A stretch of 64,000 bases of DNA from Octopus vulgaris (taxonomy: Eukaryota), in NCBI GenBank assembly GCA_951406725.2, contig OX597831.1:20212001-20276000 (forward strand). Reading direction: 5' to 3'. The first letter of the stretch is position 1. Each line of letters begins with the position of its first letter. Under the pieces are notes generated by a model. It was not told where the DNA came from, searched no databases, and saw only the letters and a program-made list of their open reading frames with translations. The translations under genes and the position numbers were made by a program. Positions 15,573-27,868 of this stretch are shown in pieces.

Positions 15573-16862
15573 GACGGTGTCCACCAAGTCTGCGTACATG
15601 GGAATTAACACATACTTTTAAAACAAAACAATTTTATTTAATTATAATAAATAATATTTTCAAAGTGATTTCCATCATTTTCAATGGATAACTTGATGCG
15701 CCTTGCAAAATTCAGGTGAACTTGATTAAATAAGTCTACATTGCCATCAATTTAAGCACACTGACTGGTAATGCGTTCTCTCGTGTGTTTTAAATCTGTA
15801 ATCTTTATTGAGTAAACTTTCTCTTTCAACATACCCCAGAAAAAGAAATCAAGGGGAGAAAGGTCTGGTGAACGAGGGGACCATTCCATATGACCCCTTC
15901 TTCCAATCTAGTGAGGAGGAAAAGTGTCATTAAATCAATCTCTAACAGTTGTGGCAAAATGGGTAGGGGCCCCATCCTGCTGAAACCAATTCGGAAGGCC
16001 CTCGCCTAGGCGCTCAATTTAAGATATTAATTTGTCTCTCAATATATTTGCATAAGTCTCATCCGTTACATGTTCAATGAAGAAGGGTCCTAGAACATGA
16101 TCTTTCCAAAAACCACACCACACCATCACCTTTTTGCTGTTTGGATAGATCCATCCAATGTGGATTACCTCGAGACCAGTATAGAAGATTCTGTCTGTTG
16201 ACCTCACCATTTACATAAAACGTAGCTTTGTCACTAAACAACACAAAGTTTTTCGTAAAATTGATATTTTCATCCAATTTATCTGAAAACCATTCGCACG
16301 TCTACATTCGTCTACCAGTATCGTCTTCATTTAAGTGATGCAATATCTGTAGGTTGTATCGATGAAACTTTTCCTCAACCAGCATTTTGTGGATGGTTGG
16401 TTTTGGAACACCTAACACCGTAGATGTCCGACGAAGTGACTTTTTGGGGGCTAGCTAGCAGAAACTTTAGCCTCGACAGCCTCTTTAGTTTCATCTGAAG
16501 TCTTTGGTCGCCCGGAACGGGGTTTATCCGAAACACTGCCTGTTTCTTTAAATGTCTTGATCAATTTCCTGACGGCAGTAAAATAAATAGGTTGCCTACA
16601 AGGGTGTGGAAGATTAAATTCTTCCGCAATTTTGCGATAAGACCATCCCTCTCGTCCACTTAATAATACTAACTCGATTCGATCTGGGATTCTTTCTTCT
16701 TTAGACAGAGCCATCATTCGATCATCTGTAGAAAAAATAACAAATAAATTTAGAAAAGTAAAGTATTTTTTTTATTTAATTTAAACAAAAGTAAAAAAGG
16801 AAAATTATTATTTCTTATGTTATGATTTTATTCCATAAACCCAGACTTCGTGGACACCCTAA
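15573..16862 (-). mobile_element. Degenerate DD41D (rosa/Visitor-type) Tc1/mariner element
   Basis: Diverged TIRs GGTGTCCACCAAGTCTGCGTACATGG and CCATAAACCCAGACTTCGTGGACACC. Minus-strand transposase fragments: MALSKEERI..FKETGSVSDKPRSGRPKT, LFSDKATF, VMVWCG, WFQQDGAPTH...WSPRSPDLSPLDFFFWG. Confidence 0.88.
15660..16717 (-). pseudogene. DD41D transposase pseudogene
   Basis: Manual translation gives 41 codons between the D of QQDG and the D of PLDFF, with two in-frame stops at likely Trp positions; frameshifts; 3' end approximate. Confidence 0.85.
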
Positions 16863-16890
16863 AATTGCTTTGATTAAAACCCCTTTCAAC

Positions 16891-17886
16891 ATGGAAGTAT
16901 CCAAGGAGCATTTAAGGCACATATAATTCTTTATGAGTACAATAAAGGTAACTCTGCTGCCGAAGTGACTCGAAACATACACTCAGTTTATAGCAAAGTG
17001 CTCGAATGAAAGAACTTGCAGGAGATCGTCTGCAAAATTGAAGATGAATATCGAACAGGATGTCCAGTTGAGTTTGACAAGCTCCTTGAGGCATTACTTG
17101 AAGAAAATCCGTCATTATCAGTTGAAGAATTGGCAATAAAGCTTACTTCAAACCATACAACAGTTCATCGTCATCTACAACAACGTGGAAAGATTCCTAA
17201 ACTTGGAAAATAGGTGCCTTATGTATTGTCCGAAAGCAACCGCAAATCCCGAGTTGGCATCTGCTCTTCTCTCCATTCTCGCAAACTCATTTCACCATTT
17301 TTCGATAGACTTGTGATGAAAAATGGATTTTCTATCGAAATGTTAGACGTCGTAAATAGTGGTTTGGTAAAAGGGGAAATTCTCAACCACAACTGAGAAG
17401 GGAACTTCATGGGAAAAAGGTTCTACTCTCTATCTGGTGCGATTGCAAAGGCGTAATTCACTTTATATTGTTACCACCTAATGCAACAATCAATGCTCAA
17501 GTCTACTGTCAGCAATTAGAGCGTTTGAACCAAGCTTTGAAGGAAAAAAGAGCCGCTTTAGTGAGTCGAAAACGAGTGATGTTTCATCAGGACAATGCGC
17601 AACCCCACACTGCAAAGATCACATCACAGAAGATCGAAGGGTTCGGTTTGGAAAAATTTCTTCATCCAACTTATTCTCCCGACCTTACTCCCTCGGGATA
17701 CCATTTGTTTCATAGTTTACAGAATTAGTAGGGGGATACAACTTTGGCAAACCAGGGGAGGTCGAACCTGACATTTCAGAGTTCTTCGCTTTGAAACCAA
17801 AAGAGTTTTACGTTGATGGGATTAAAAAGCTTGTAAATAGATGGAGGTAAGTCATAGATAATTAGGGAAAGTACATTGATGATTAA
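16891..17886 (+). pseudogene. Mariner transposase pseudogene (frameshifts and stops)
   Basis: Starts MEVSKEHLRHI; HTH segment LLEENPSLSVEELAIKL..HTTVHRHL; FHQDNAQPH and HPTYSPDLTPSGYHLF. 34 residues separate the 2nd D from the 3rd catalytic position, here G. Confidence 0.92.
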
Positions 17887-17969
17887 CTTTCAATTAAATA
17901 TAACATTTGATCACTTGTATTATTTATCCAAAATTCAAACAGAACTTATGGGATGACCTGAGATATATA

Positions 17970-18275
17970 CACTGGCGAAAATATATTTAAGACAGACGAT
18001 AAAAGTTCTATTTCTTACAAAATATTTTGTTACTAACACCATACAAATTATTTTTATCTTTTACACCTTATGCAAAATTTATTTTGCTTTCGAATGATGC
18101 AGACAATAACCATTTTTATACAACTTGAAGAATTCTAATGCTAAATATAATTTTAATGGAGATAACCTGCAGTATATAGTACAACATTTTTGTCTCCGTA
18201 TATGAGCTAAGTATTAATAAAATGTGGTATACGATAAAAATTTCGGATATTTGTCTTAAAACATTCAGACAAGAA
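17970..18275. mobile_element. Possible degenerate Tc1-type MITE
   Basis: TA-CACTGGCGAAAATATATTTAAGACA at left and partial inverted TGTCTTAAA at about 18252; right terminus not clean. Confidence 0.3.
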
Positions 18276-18360
18276 AATTCAGATGTAGCACATGAGGTAT
18301 TATTCCATACGAATATCCACATATTTATATTAAAAATTTCATGATAAAAATATAGAAATA

Positions 18361-18927
18361 TTGGGTTGTCCGGAAAGTTCTTGCAGATTTATAGTAGCTT
18401 ATATTTCGACTTATTTTAGAACATGTTTGAGTCCATAAAATAGGATTTGACTACACCTCCATTTGGAGCACAGTTTAATCTATCTTTTCGTGGAAGAAGG
18501 TTCATGTTCCAATAACCTGTGTTAATTCTGTAACCCTTTAAATTAAAAGATGAGAAAAATTCATTATCGGCATTTGATGCTTTGGGAACCAGACAAAAAT
18601 TGCTGCAGCTTGGCTGGGGTGACTTACCCCACCCTCCATATTCACCAGATATTACTCCTTCGGATTTCCACTTATTCAGGTCTCTGCAGAATAGTCTTAA
18701 TGGTGAAAATTTCAATTCCTTAGATGACGTAAAAAGATACCTTGATGAATTATTTGCCTTGAAACCACCCCAATTCTGGGAAGAGGGTATTTTTAAGGTA
18801 AATGTAAGATGGAGACGTATTGTGCAACGAAATGGTTCAGATTTGGTTCATTAAAAATGTAATGGCAAGTATTTAGTGACCATGTACTTTCCTTTAAAAA
18901 TCGGAACGAACTTTCCGGACAACCCAA
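18361..18927 (+). mobile_element. Internally deleted mariner (567 bp) retaining the transposase C-terminus
   Basis: Perfect 20-bp TIR TTGGGTTGTCCGGAAAGTTC and GAACTTTCCGGACAACCCAA, TA on both sides; 18582-18854 encodes LPHPPYSPDITPSDFHLFRSLQNSL. Confidence 0.95.
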
Positions 18928-19269
18928 TATAAACATGAAAAATAAAAACCTAAATTGAAAGAGGCGATTAAATTTTTTTCCTAACCTGCAGCCGTTTGTT
19001 GTACGAAGTATTCGAAATTCAGCCCTCCTTCCTCAGGGTTCCTTTCTCGAGGTAAAATCCAGCAGTAAGGCACTACATAGTGAGTATTCAAGTTGTGAAA
19101 GTTCAGTTTTTGTGTATCGATAAATAATATTTTCAAGAGAATTACCACATTTAAATAAGAAATGAAAATCATTTAAGTTAATCATGCAATTTTGGGAATA
19201 TTCCATTTTTTTACTGATAACAAAGAAATTATTTAAGATTTTAGATTTATGCATAAGTATTCATATGGT

Positions 19270-19578
19270 TCCAAAACACATGGTTCTCAGTTCAGCCCCA
19301 CTGTGTGGTAACTTGGCATGTGTCTTCTACTATAGCCTGAGACCAACCAAAGCCTTGTCAGTGGATTTTGTAGACAGAAACTGAAAGAAATCAATCGTAT
19401 ATATATCTATGTATGTATGTAAGTCTGTGTGTGTGTCTTTGTGTTTCTCCCTCATCACTGCTTCACAACTGGTGTTCGTTTATTTACATCCCCATAACAT
19501 ACTGGTTTCACAAGAAGAAACTGATAGAATAAGTACCAGGCTTATCAAAATTTTAAAAAGCTCTACGCAGTGTCTCAC
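19270..19578 (+). mobile_element. Degenerate tRNA-derived SINE (octopus-type), 5'-truncated
   Basis: ACATGGTTCTCAGTTCAGCCCC B-box region, CCAAAGCCTTGT..GTAGAC..AAACTGAAAG body and GATAGAATAAGTACCAGGCTTA tail, shared with other copies in this window. Confidence 0.75.
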
Positions 19579-19656
19579 ATATATATGGATTTCGTGGACA
19601 GGAACTGAAACAAATCAATCGTATATATATGTATGTATATATGTAAGTGTATGTGT

Positions 19657-22359
19657 TTTAGTATTGGCAACATGAATGACAATGGCCAGAGACTACTTGA
19701 ATTTTGCACATACCATAACCTGTGCATCACCAACACATTCTTTCCCAACAAGACATCCCACAAGGCATCTTGGAGACATCCAAGATCTCACCACTGGCAT
19801 CAGTTGGATCTCATCATTACACGAAGATCCTTTCTGAATTCTGTTCAACTGACCCGTAGCGCGGATTGTGACACAGATCATTCACTAATAAGAAGGGTGA
19901 GGATTCTGCCTAAAAAGTCCATCACTCCAAGAAAATGAGCCAACCACGCATTAACACTGCCAGAACCTCGGACCCTACACTGCGACAATGTTTTGCTGTT
20001 TCTATCAAGGTTGCCCTCAGTAGCTGCCCAACCTCCTCTGCTGAAAGTAGGTGGAATTATATCAGGGAAGCTTTGTATACCACATCAATAGATACTTTCG
20101 GAATGAGAGAAAGGTAAAACCCAGATTTTGTTCAGTGCTGGGCTCTCAGAGCTGGAAACAGTTATCGAAGCAAAGCGTGCAGCTCTGATGCAATACATGA
20201 GTGTTTCTTCTACAAAGTCACTCGAAGAACTCAGAAAGGCAAGAAATAAAACCCAACTCACTGCCAGACGCTGTGCAAATGGGTATTGACAGGAAATCTG
20301 TCAGAGTATCCAGTCAGATGCTGACAGTGGTGACACCCGTGGGATGTATGCCGGTTTGAAGAAGGCCCTCGGTCCATCCGCAACCACCTCAGCCCCTCTG
20401 AAATCAACTACTGGAGATCTCATCAAGGACCAAAGCAAGCAAATGGATACATGGATGGAGTACTACCAGGATCCCTACACACGAGACGTAGCTGAGGCTG
20501 CAATCGAGGGTGTCAAGATCTTGCCAGTCATGTGTGAACTTGACAGTCTACCATCTATAGCAGAGCTCACCAAATCTATTGACTCCCTAGCAAGTAACAA
20601 GGCTCCGGGGAAAGACGGCATCCCCTTAGAGATCATCAAAACCGGCAAAAATACCATCCTGCTTCGGCACATTCATGAGCTTCTGTGTCAGTGCTGGTAA
20701 GAGGGTACAGTCCCTCAGAATATGCGGGATGCTAACATCATTACGCTTTACAAAAATAAAAGTGACCGTGATGATTGTAACAATTACCGTGGAATATCTC
20801 TTCTAAGCACAGTTGGAAAGGCCTCTGCTCGCATTATCCTGTCCAGGCTGCAACTAATTGCTTCTCGAATTTATCCAGAATCGCAGTGTGGCTTTAGAAG
20901 CAGATCAACTATTGACATGATATTCTCCATACGCCAACTTCAGAAGTCCAGAGAGCAGAACATGCCATTATATATGGCCTTCATTGATCTGACAAAGGGC
21001 TTTGACTTGGTAAGTAGAAAAGACCTCTTCATCCTGCTCCAAAAAATCGGATGTCCACCAAAGCTGCTGAGGATCATCAAATCATTCCAAGCTAATATGC
21101 AAGGCACCATACAGCACAATGGTTCAACATCAGCCGCCTTCCAAATAAAAAATGGGGTAGAGCAAGGTTGTGTCCTTGCTCCTACATTATTTGGCATCTT
21201 CTTCTCGCTGCTGCTGTCACATGCCTTTGAGACATCAAATGATGGAGTGTTTCTGCACAGTAGAAGTGATGGGAAACTGTTTAATCTCTCGCGTCTGCGT
21301 GCCAAGATCAAAATCTCAGAAGCGTCCTGATCAAGGAGATGCTATTTGCTGATGATGCCGCTCTGGTATCACACACAGAAGAAGCCCTACGAAGGCTCAG
21401 CAACTGTTTTGAGCAAGCATTTGGCAACTTTGGCTTAGTTATCAGCCTCAAGAATACCAACATCATGGGTCAGGCTACATCGGACATCCCAAACATACAT
21501 ATTGGAGACCACAGAGTATAGGAGGTGGAGAAGTTTACCTATCTTGGCTCTACCGTCACCTACAACCTATCCCTTGATGCTGAGCTCAATATACGCATTG
21601 GCAAGGCAGCTGCTGTGATAGCCCAACTCATCAAACGCGCATGGGACAACAATAAGCTGACCAAGACCACAAAAATGAAGATTTACCAGGCATGTGTACT
21701 TAGCACTCTACTGTATGACTTTGACGCCATACACACGCCATACGACGCCATACGTCGCCTAAATATCTTTCACTTGCGCTGTCTCCGGAAAATCCATCGC
21801 ATCAAATGGCAGAATCATGTCCCTAACAAAGATGTCCTCAAGCAAGCAGGAATACCAAGCATGTTTGCACTCTTCACACAAAGACGTATGAGATCGCTTG
21901 GACATGTTAGCCGTATGGAAGATGGCAGAATCCCCAAGGACATACTCAACGGAGAGCTTGCTAGGGGTACTAGGTCTGTGGGAAGACCATTCTTACGATA
22001 CAAGGATGTTTGCAAAAGGGACATGAATGCCTGCAACATCAATATTACCAACTGGGAAGCAGTTGCCACCAACCGTGGAGATTGGCGATGTATCGTAAAA
22101 GAGGGAACACAAAGGAGTGACATAGTGAGAAAGGAGAAATGGAAAGACAAGAAAAGACGTCAACAAAAAACTATGACATTACAACCAGTCAGGCAAAGTC
22201 TTCGCTACATTTACGGCACCTGCCAGAGGGAGTGTTTGTCCCGGATAGGACTACACAGCCACAGCAAGAGATGTATTAGGACATGAAATGTAAAAGCCGG
22301 ACTAGATTATTTTATGCGCAACTCCATTGTCTCCTGAGACAAAAAGGATGCCAACAACA
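19657..22359 (+). mobile_element. 5'-truncated RTE-clade non-LTR retrotransposon, inactivated
   Basis: APE C-terminal part (NDNGQRLLEFC, HWHQLDLIITRR, DCDTDH); RT (NYRGISLLS, AFIDLTKGFD, GVEQGCVLAPTLF, LFADD, FTYLGS); C-terminal zinc-finger-like CQRECLSRIGLHSHSKRC; short 3' UTR with GTCTC-CT-GAGAC stem and CAA tail; many stops and frameshifts. Confidence 0.95.
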
Positions 22360-22587
22360 ATATATATGGATTTCGTAGACAGGAACTGTAACAAATAAAT
22401 CGTATATATATGTATGTATATATGTAAGTGTATGTGTGTGTCTTTGTCTCTGTGTTTCGCCCTCATCACTGCTTCACAACTGCTGTTCACTTATTTACAT
22501 CCACATAACTTACTGGTTTCACAAGAACAAACTAATAGAGTAAGTACTAGGCTTATCAACATAAAAAAGCACTAGGCTGTGTCTCAT
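22360..22587 (+). mobile_element. SINE 3' part (second tandem copy), target of the RTE insertion
   Basis: Similar to 19362-19578; its first 78 bp are duplicated at 19579-19656. Confidence 0.7.
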
Positions 22588-22640
22588 ATTTTTGTTTGCC
22601 CACTCAGTTGTATCTATCAATTTATCTTTGTGTGTGTGTA

Positions 22641-22642
<2 letters not shown>

Positions 22643-22684
<42 letters not shown>
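22643..22684. repeat. (TA)n microsatellite
   Basis: Direct read. Confidence 0.95.
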
Positions 22685-22685
<1 letters not shown>

Positions 22686-23379
22686 CACCCTAATGGGAGC
22701 CATAAATCCCAAATTTTAGTAATTTCTTTTATGATCCAAAACTTGGTCAAAAGTACTGAATGAATCTTTATGAAATTTGGAAATTATATTCTATGCATAA
22801 GGGCCATAACCCCCATGACAATTCATATATTTTTGCTGTTGATGAAATTTTAACCATAGACATTAGACACAAATGAAGTAATATCTATAAAATTTCATCT
22901 TACAAAGTTAGAAAGACCCCTCCATGGGGACTTAACATCTACAATTTTGTCATTTTATCTAAGCAAAAATGAATACAGTTGTGCTCTTGGAAGCTGTAGG
23001 GTTACCCGAGCATAAAAGATGAGCATTATTTGTAATTCAATGGTACAACAGTGTAACAGTTTGTTTTGACATACACTTACATTGTGATTTCTGCAATGTG
23101 CTGCATAAATTGTCAAGTAAATGAGAGGCATCTTTGCCTCCACTGATTCAGTTGCAAAGTGTAGAGTAAAATTTATTTGATTGCAGACCTCCTTTCAGTC
23201 TTTTTATTATCACTCGGTCACACATAGTCCCCAGATGGTAACATTGATTTCAAGGCTTTCCCAGATGAGTGACTGGTTATTCGAAGACATTTATAGATTT
23301 TAAATTTATTCTGTCCAGTTACGTATCAGTATTATGTATATACATGCCACCATCGGGGGGACAAACACAAACACACACA

Positions 23380-23518
23380 CAGTTTCCGTCTACCAAATTC
23401 ACTCACAAGGCTTTGGTTGGCCTGAGGCTCTAGGAGAAGACCAAGGCGTCACGCAATGGGGCTGAACCCAGAACCATGTGGTTGGTAAGCAGGCTACTTA
23501 CCACACGGCCACTCATGC
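23380..23518 (-). mobile_element. tRNA-derived SINE, head and body
   Basis: Minus strand GAGTGGCCGTGTGGTAAGTAGCCTGCTTACCAACCACATGGTTCTGGGTTCAGCCCC contains A-box-like and B-box-like motifs. Confidence 0.8.
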
Positions 23519-23528
23519 ATATGTATGG

Positions 23529-23577
<49 letters not shown>

Positions 23578-23674
23578 TGTGTGTCTGTGTGTAGTTTGAC
23601 AAGTGTCAATACACGAAACTCTCGCCCCTCGAGTCACTCTGTTGCTTCTGCTAAATATTGATAAAGACATATAT

Positions 23675-23811
23675 GACGAGCTTTTTCAGATTCTGTCAAC
23701 CAAATCTACTCACAAGGGTTTAGTCGACCCAGGGCTATAGTAGAAACACCCGCTCAAAGTGCCACGCAGCTGGACTGAACCCGGAACGGCTTACAACACA
23801 GTCACGCCTGC
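23675..23811 (-). mobile_element. Degenerate SINE of the same family with a deletion in the head
   Basis: Minus strand GCAGGCGTGACTGTGTTGTAAG..TTCCGGGTTCAGTCCA..TCTACTATAGCCCTGGG. Confidence 0.7.
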
Positions 23812-23839
23812 TTCTATTCACATATATACATGGTATATA

Positions 23840-24068
23840 TTTCTTTTGCTACCCACAAGGGGCTAAACATAGAGGGGACAAACAAGGACGGACAAACGGA
23901 TTAAGTCGATTACATCGACCCAGTGCGAAACTGGTACTTTATTTATCGACGCCGAGAGGATGAAAGGCAAAGTCGACCTCGGCGGAATTTGAACTCAGAA
24001 CGTAGCGGCAGACGAAATACTGCTAAGCATTTCGCCCGGCGTGCTAACGTTTCTGCCAGCTCGCCGCC
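23840..24068 (-). mobile_element. Apparently full-length second tRNA-derived SINE family
   Basis: Minus strand GGCGGCGAGCTGGCAGAAACG (A-box-like) ... GAGTTCAAATTCC (B box) ... AAAAGAAATA tail; CpG-rich, so probably young. Confidence 0.82.
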
Positions 24069-24634
24069 TCTTGCATATAAATCTATGTGCGTATATAGAC
24101 ACAGTTATACATACACATACCTAGTCATGGATGGCTACACACACTAACACACACGTACACATACACATGCAAGTAGTCACACGAGTGTACACACAACCAC
24201 ACACATACGCACGCACACACACACACACACATACACACTCGCACGCACGGACATAATCTCCTTTCCTCTCACCCTTATTCTTCTAAGCAAACACACATCT
24301 ACACACACATAGAAAGGCATGCATGCACGCAGACATAAGATTAATTCGCGGCCAAATTCAGGGCAGACGTTGAAGAGAAAGGACAAGCTATTGAAAAGGT
24401 CGCGAAAAATAGCGATGAACGGACTTTCACGAAGAAATAAATCTTTGATTGTTTAACCAGCACGTTAAACAAATGATTGATTACGAAGTTGGTCAGATGT
24501 GTAACCATATCGTTATTGGCACAATGACCCTCCCAAGAAGCAGCAGGATGTATGTGTGTATACGTGTGTGAGTGTGTGTGCGTATGTGTATATATGTATG
24601 TGTGTGTGTGTGTGTATATGTATGTGTGTGTGGC

Positions 24635-24752
24635 AAAATAGAATAAGTACTAGGCTTACAAAGAATAATCCCTAGAGTCGATTTGCTCGACTAAAGGCAG
24701 TGCTCCAGCATGGCGAAAGTCAAATGACTGTAACAAATAAAAGAATGAAAGA

Positions 24753-24753
<1 letters not shown>
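24635..24753 (+). mobile_element. SINE 3' tail fragment
   Basis: ATAGAATAAGTACTAGGCTTACAAAGAATAA..GTCGATTTGCTCGACTAAAGGCAGTGCTCCAGCATGG; homologous to half of the 152-bp unit. Confidence 0.75.
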
Positions 24754-24833
<80 letters not shown>

Positions 24834-25229
24834 CTAGCAGTGTCGCCCGGCGTTGCTCGGGTTTGTAAGGGAAATAACTATATAAGCATTTTTAGAGATG
24901 TAAAGTATAATAGCCATCTCAATATGGCTAACCACAAAGGGGGGGTGTTACTGTAGCTTTTTACATTCTGAGATTTAATAATACATTTTTAGAGAGTTAC
25001 TTCCCTTATATAAACCGAGCGAAAATGCATTAAAACTGCGGAAAAAATGATGGTAAATTTTTTTTTAATCGTAAACTCATCGTAGACGTGCGCTAATACC
25101 CAGAAGGGCTCGATATGAATCACGACTATAAGATACCCGCTTTTGGTTACTCTGCACCGCAAAATGAGGGAGTAGTTAGGAATCTAAATCGTAGGAGACA
25201 GACACACAACTTCACTTTTATATATAAAG

Positions 25230-25230
<1 letters not shown>
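24834..25230 (-). mobile_element. Complete 397-bp non-autonomous Helitron
   Basis: Minus strand begins TCTTTATATATAAAAG and ends with the GC hairpin CCCGAGCAACGCCGGG followed by CTAG; sits between A and T with no TSD. Confidence 0.88.
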
Positions 25231-25261
<31 letters not shown>

Positions 25262-25368
25262 ACATATATATATACAGTATATATATATATATATATATTT
25301 GAGGGAATATTATTCATAACTTACAGGGAAAAATTCAATTTAGAAATACTAAATCAAATTTCACAAAA

Positions 25369-25656
25369 TCTATATATATAAAACAGTAGTTGTGTGAGTG
25401 TCTGTCTCCTACGATTTAGATTCCTAAATACTCCCACATTTTGCGGTGCAGTTTAACCAAAAGCGGGTATCTTGTAGTCGTGATTCATATCGAGCCCTTC
25501 TGGGTATTAGCGCGCGTCTACGATGAGTCTACGATATAAAAATAATTTAACATCATTTTTTTCCATTTTAACGCATATATTTTCGTGTGACGATGGCGGC
25601 GGAGTTGGCGTCCATGGTCACACCTGCACCTATGTTGCTTCTCCCCCTTCTTCCCA
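25369..25656 (+). mobile_element. 5' part of a related Helitron, running into the 22-bp satellite
   Basis: A/TCTATATATATAAAA start; about 190 bp are a diverged inverted copy of about 25045-25230; no 3' CTAG end found. Confidence 0.8.
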
Positions 25657-25769
25657 CACGTTCGCGCATGCGCAGTCACACGTTCGCGCATGCGCAGTCA
25701 AACTTTAGCGCATGCGCAGTCTTACTTTGGCGCATGCACAGTCACACGTTCGCGCATGCGCAGTCACAC
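25657..25769 (+). repeat. 22-bp GCGCATGCGC satellite, block 1 (about 5 copies)
   Basis: Unit TCACACGTTCGCGCATGCGCAG. Confidence 0.95.
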
Positions 25770-25770
25770 A

Positions 25771-25903
25771 AGAGAGTATATACAGGCACAGGAATGGCTG
25801 TGTGGAACCACATGATTCCGGGTTCAGTACTGGGCTTACAAAAGAATAAGTCCTGGAGTCGAGTTGCTCGATTAAAGGCGGTGCTGCAGCATGGCCGCAG
25901 TGA
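25771..25903 (+). repeat. Single inverted copy of the 152-bp mini-SINE unit
   Basis: Reverse complement of the unit arrayed at 29019-30033. Confidence 0.93.
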
Positions 25904-26569
25904 TTAGACACAAATGAAGTAATATCTATAAAATTTCATCTTACAAAGTTAGAAAGACCCCTCCATGGGGACTTAACATCTACAATTTTGTCATTTTATC
26001 TAAGCAAAAATGAATACAGTTGTGCTCTTGGAAGCTGTAGGGTTACCCGAGCATAAAAGATGAGCATTATTTGTAATTCAATGGTACAACAGTGTAACAG
26101 TTTGTTTTGACATACACTTACATTGTGATTTCTGCAATGTGCTGCATAAATTGTCAAGTAAATGAGAGGCATCTTTGCCTCCACTGATTCAGTTGCAAAG
26201 TGTAGAGTAAAATTTATTTGATTGCAGACCTCCTTTCAGTCTTTTTATTATCACTCGGTCACACATAGTCCCCAGATGGTAACATTGATTTCAAGGCTTT
26301 CCCAGATGAGTGACTGGTTATTCGAAGACATTTATAGATTTTAAATTTATTCTGTCCAGTTACGTATCAGTATTATGTATATACATGCCACCATCGGGGG
26401 GACAAACACAAACACACACACAGTTTCCGTCTACCAAATTCACTCACAAGGCTTTGGTTGGCCTGAGGCTCTAGGAGAAGACCAAGGCGTCACGCAATGA
26501 GGCTGAACCCAGAACCATGTGGTTGGTAAGCAGGCTACTTACCACACGGCCACTCATGCATATGTATGG

Positions 26570-26608
<39 letters not shown>

Positions 26609-27783
26609 TGTGTGTCTGTGTGTAGTTTGACAAGTGTCAATACACGAAACTCTCGCCCCTCGAGTCACTCTGTTGCTTCTGCTAAATATTGATAAAGACA
26701 TATATGACGAGCTTTTTCAGATTCTGTCAACCAAATCTACTCACAAGGGTTTAGTCGACCCAGGGCTATAGTAGAAACACCCGCTCAAAGTGCCACGCAG
26801 CTGGACTGAACCCGGAACGGCTTACAACACAGTCACGCCTGCTTCTATTCACATATATACATGGTATATATTTCTTTTGCTACCCACAAGGGGCTAAACA
26901 TAGAGGGGACAAACAAGGACGGACAAACGGATTAAGTCGATTACATCGACCCAGTGCGAAACTGGTACTTTATTTATCGACGCCGAGAGGATGAAAGGCA
27001 AAGTCGACCTCGGCGGAATTTGAACTCAGAACGTAGCGGCAGACGAAATACTGCTAAGCATTTCGCCCGGCGTGCTAACGTTTCTGCCAGCTCGCCGCCT
27101 CTTGCATATAAATCTATGTGCGTATATAGACACAGTTATACATACACATACCTAGTCATGGATGGCTACACACACTAACACACACGTACACATACACATG
27201 CAAGTAGTCACACGAGTGTACACACAACCACACACATACGCACGCACACACACACACACACATACACACTCGCACGCACGGACATAATCTCCTTTCCTCT
27301 CACCCTTATTCTTCTAAGCAAACACACATCTACACACACATAGAAAGGCATGCATGCACGCAGACATAAGATTAATTCGCGGCCAAATTCAGGGCAGACG
27401 TTGAAGAGAAAGGACAAGCTATTGAAAAGGTCGCGAAAAATAGCGATGAACGGACTTTCACGAAGAAATAAATCTTTGATTGTTTAACCAGCACGTTAAA
27501 CAAATGATTGATTACGAAGTTGGTCAGATGTGTAACCATATCGTTATTGGCACAATGACCCTCCCAAGAAGCAGCAGGATGTATGTGTGTATACGTGTGT
27601 GAGTGTGTGTGCGTATGTGTATATATGTATGTGTGTGTGTGTGTGTATATGTATGTGTGTGTGGCAAAATAGAATAAGTACTAGGCTTACAAAGAATAAT
27701 CCCTAGAGTCGATTTGCTCGACTAAAGGCAGTGCTCCAGCATGGCGAAAGTCAAATGACTGTAACAAATAAAAGAATGAAAGA

Positions 27784-27868
<85 letters not shown>

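Larger units (their letters stand above)
15420..17961 (+). mobile_element. Degenerate mariner (DD34D) DNA transposon interrupted by a nested element
   Basis: Left TCAAGTCATCCAGTCAGTTCTGT matches the reverse complement of right ACAGAACTTATGGGATGACCTGA (diverged TIRs); TA precedes the left end; transposase remnants inside. Confidence 0.88.
22862..25182 (+). repeat. 2.3-kb duplication, copy 1
   Basis: ATTAGACACAAATG...AGTAGTTAGGAA is nearly identical to 25903-28224. Confidence 0.97.

Noticed and set aside
17468-17728. SETMAR-like host gene
   Set aside because: No SET domain; bounded by TIRs and disrupted, so a dead mariner.
20722-22286. Active reverse transcriptase, or retron/DGR-type system
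   Set aside because: Standard RTE ORF with multiple stops, frameshifts and 5' truncation.
22955-23143. 62-aa ORF present twice (also 25996-26184)
   Set aside because: Identity is explained by the duplication; no recognisable domain or splice evidence.
23840-24068. tRNA gene
   Set aside because: Has A/B boxes but continues into a non-tRNA body and A-rich tail, typical of a SINE.
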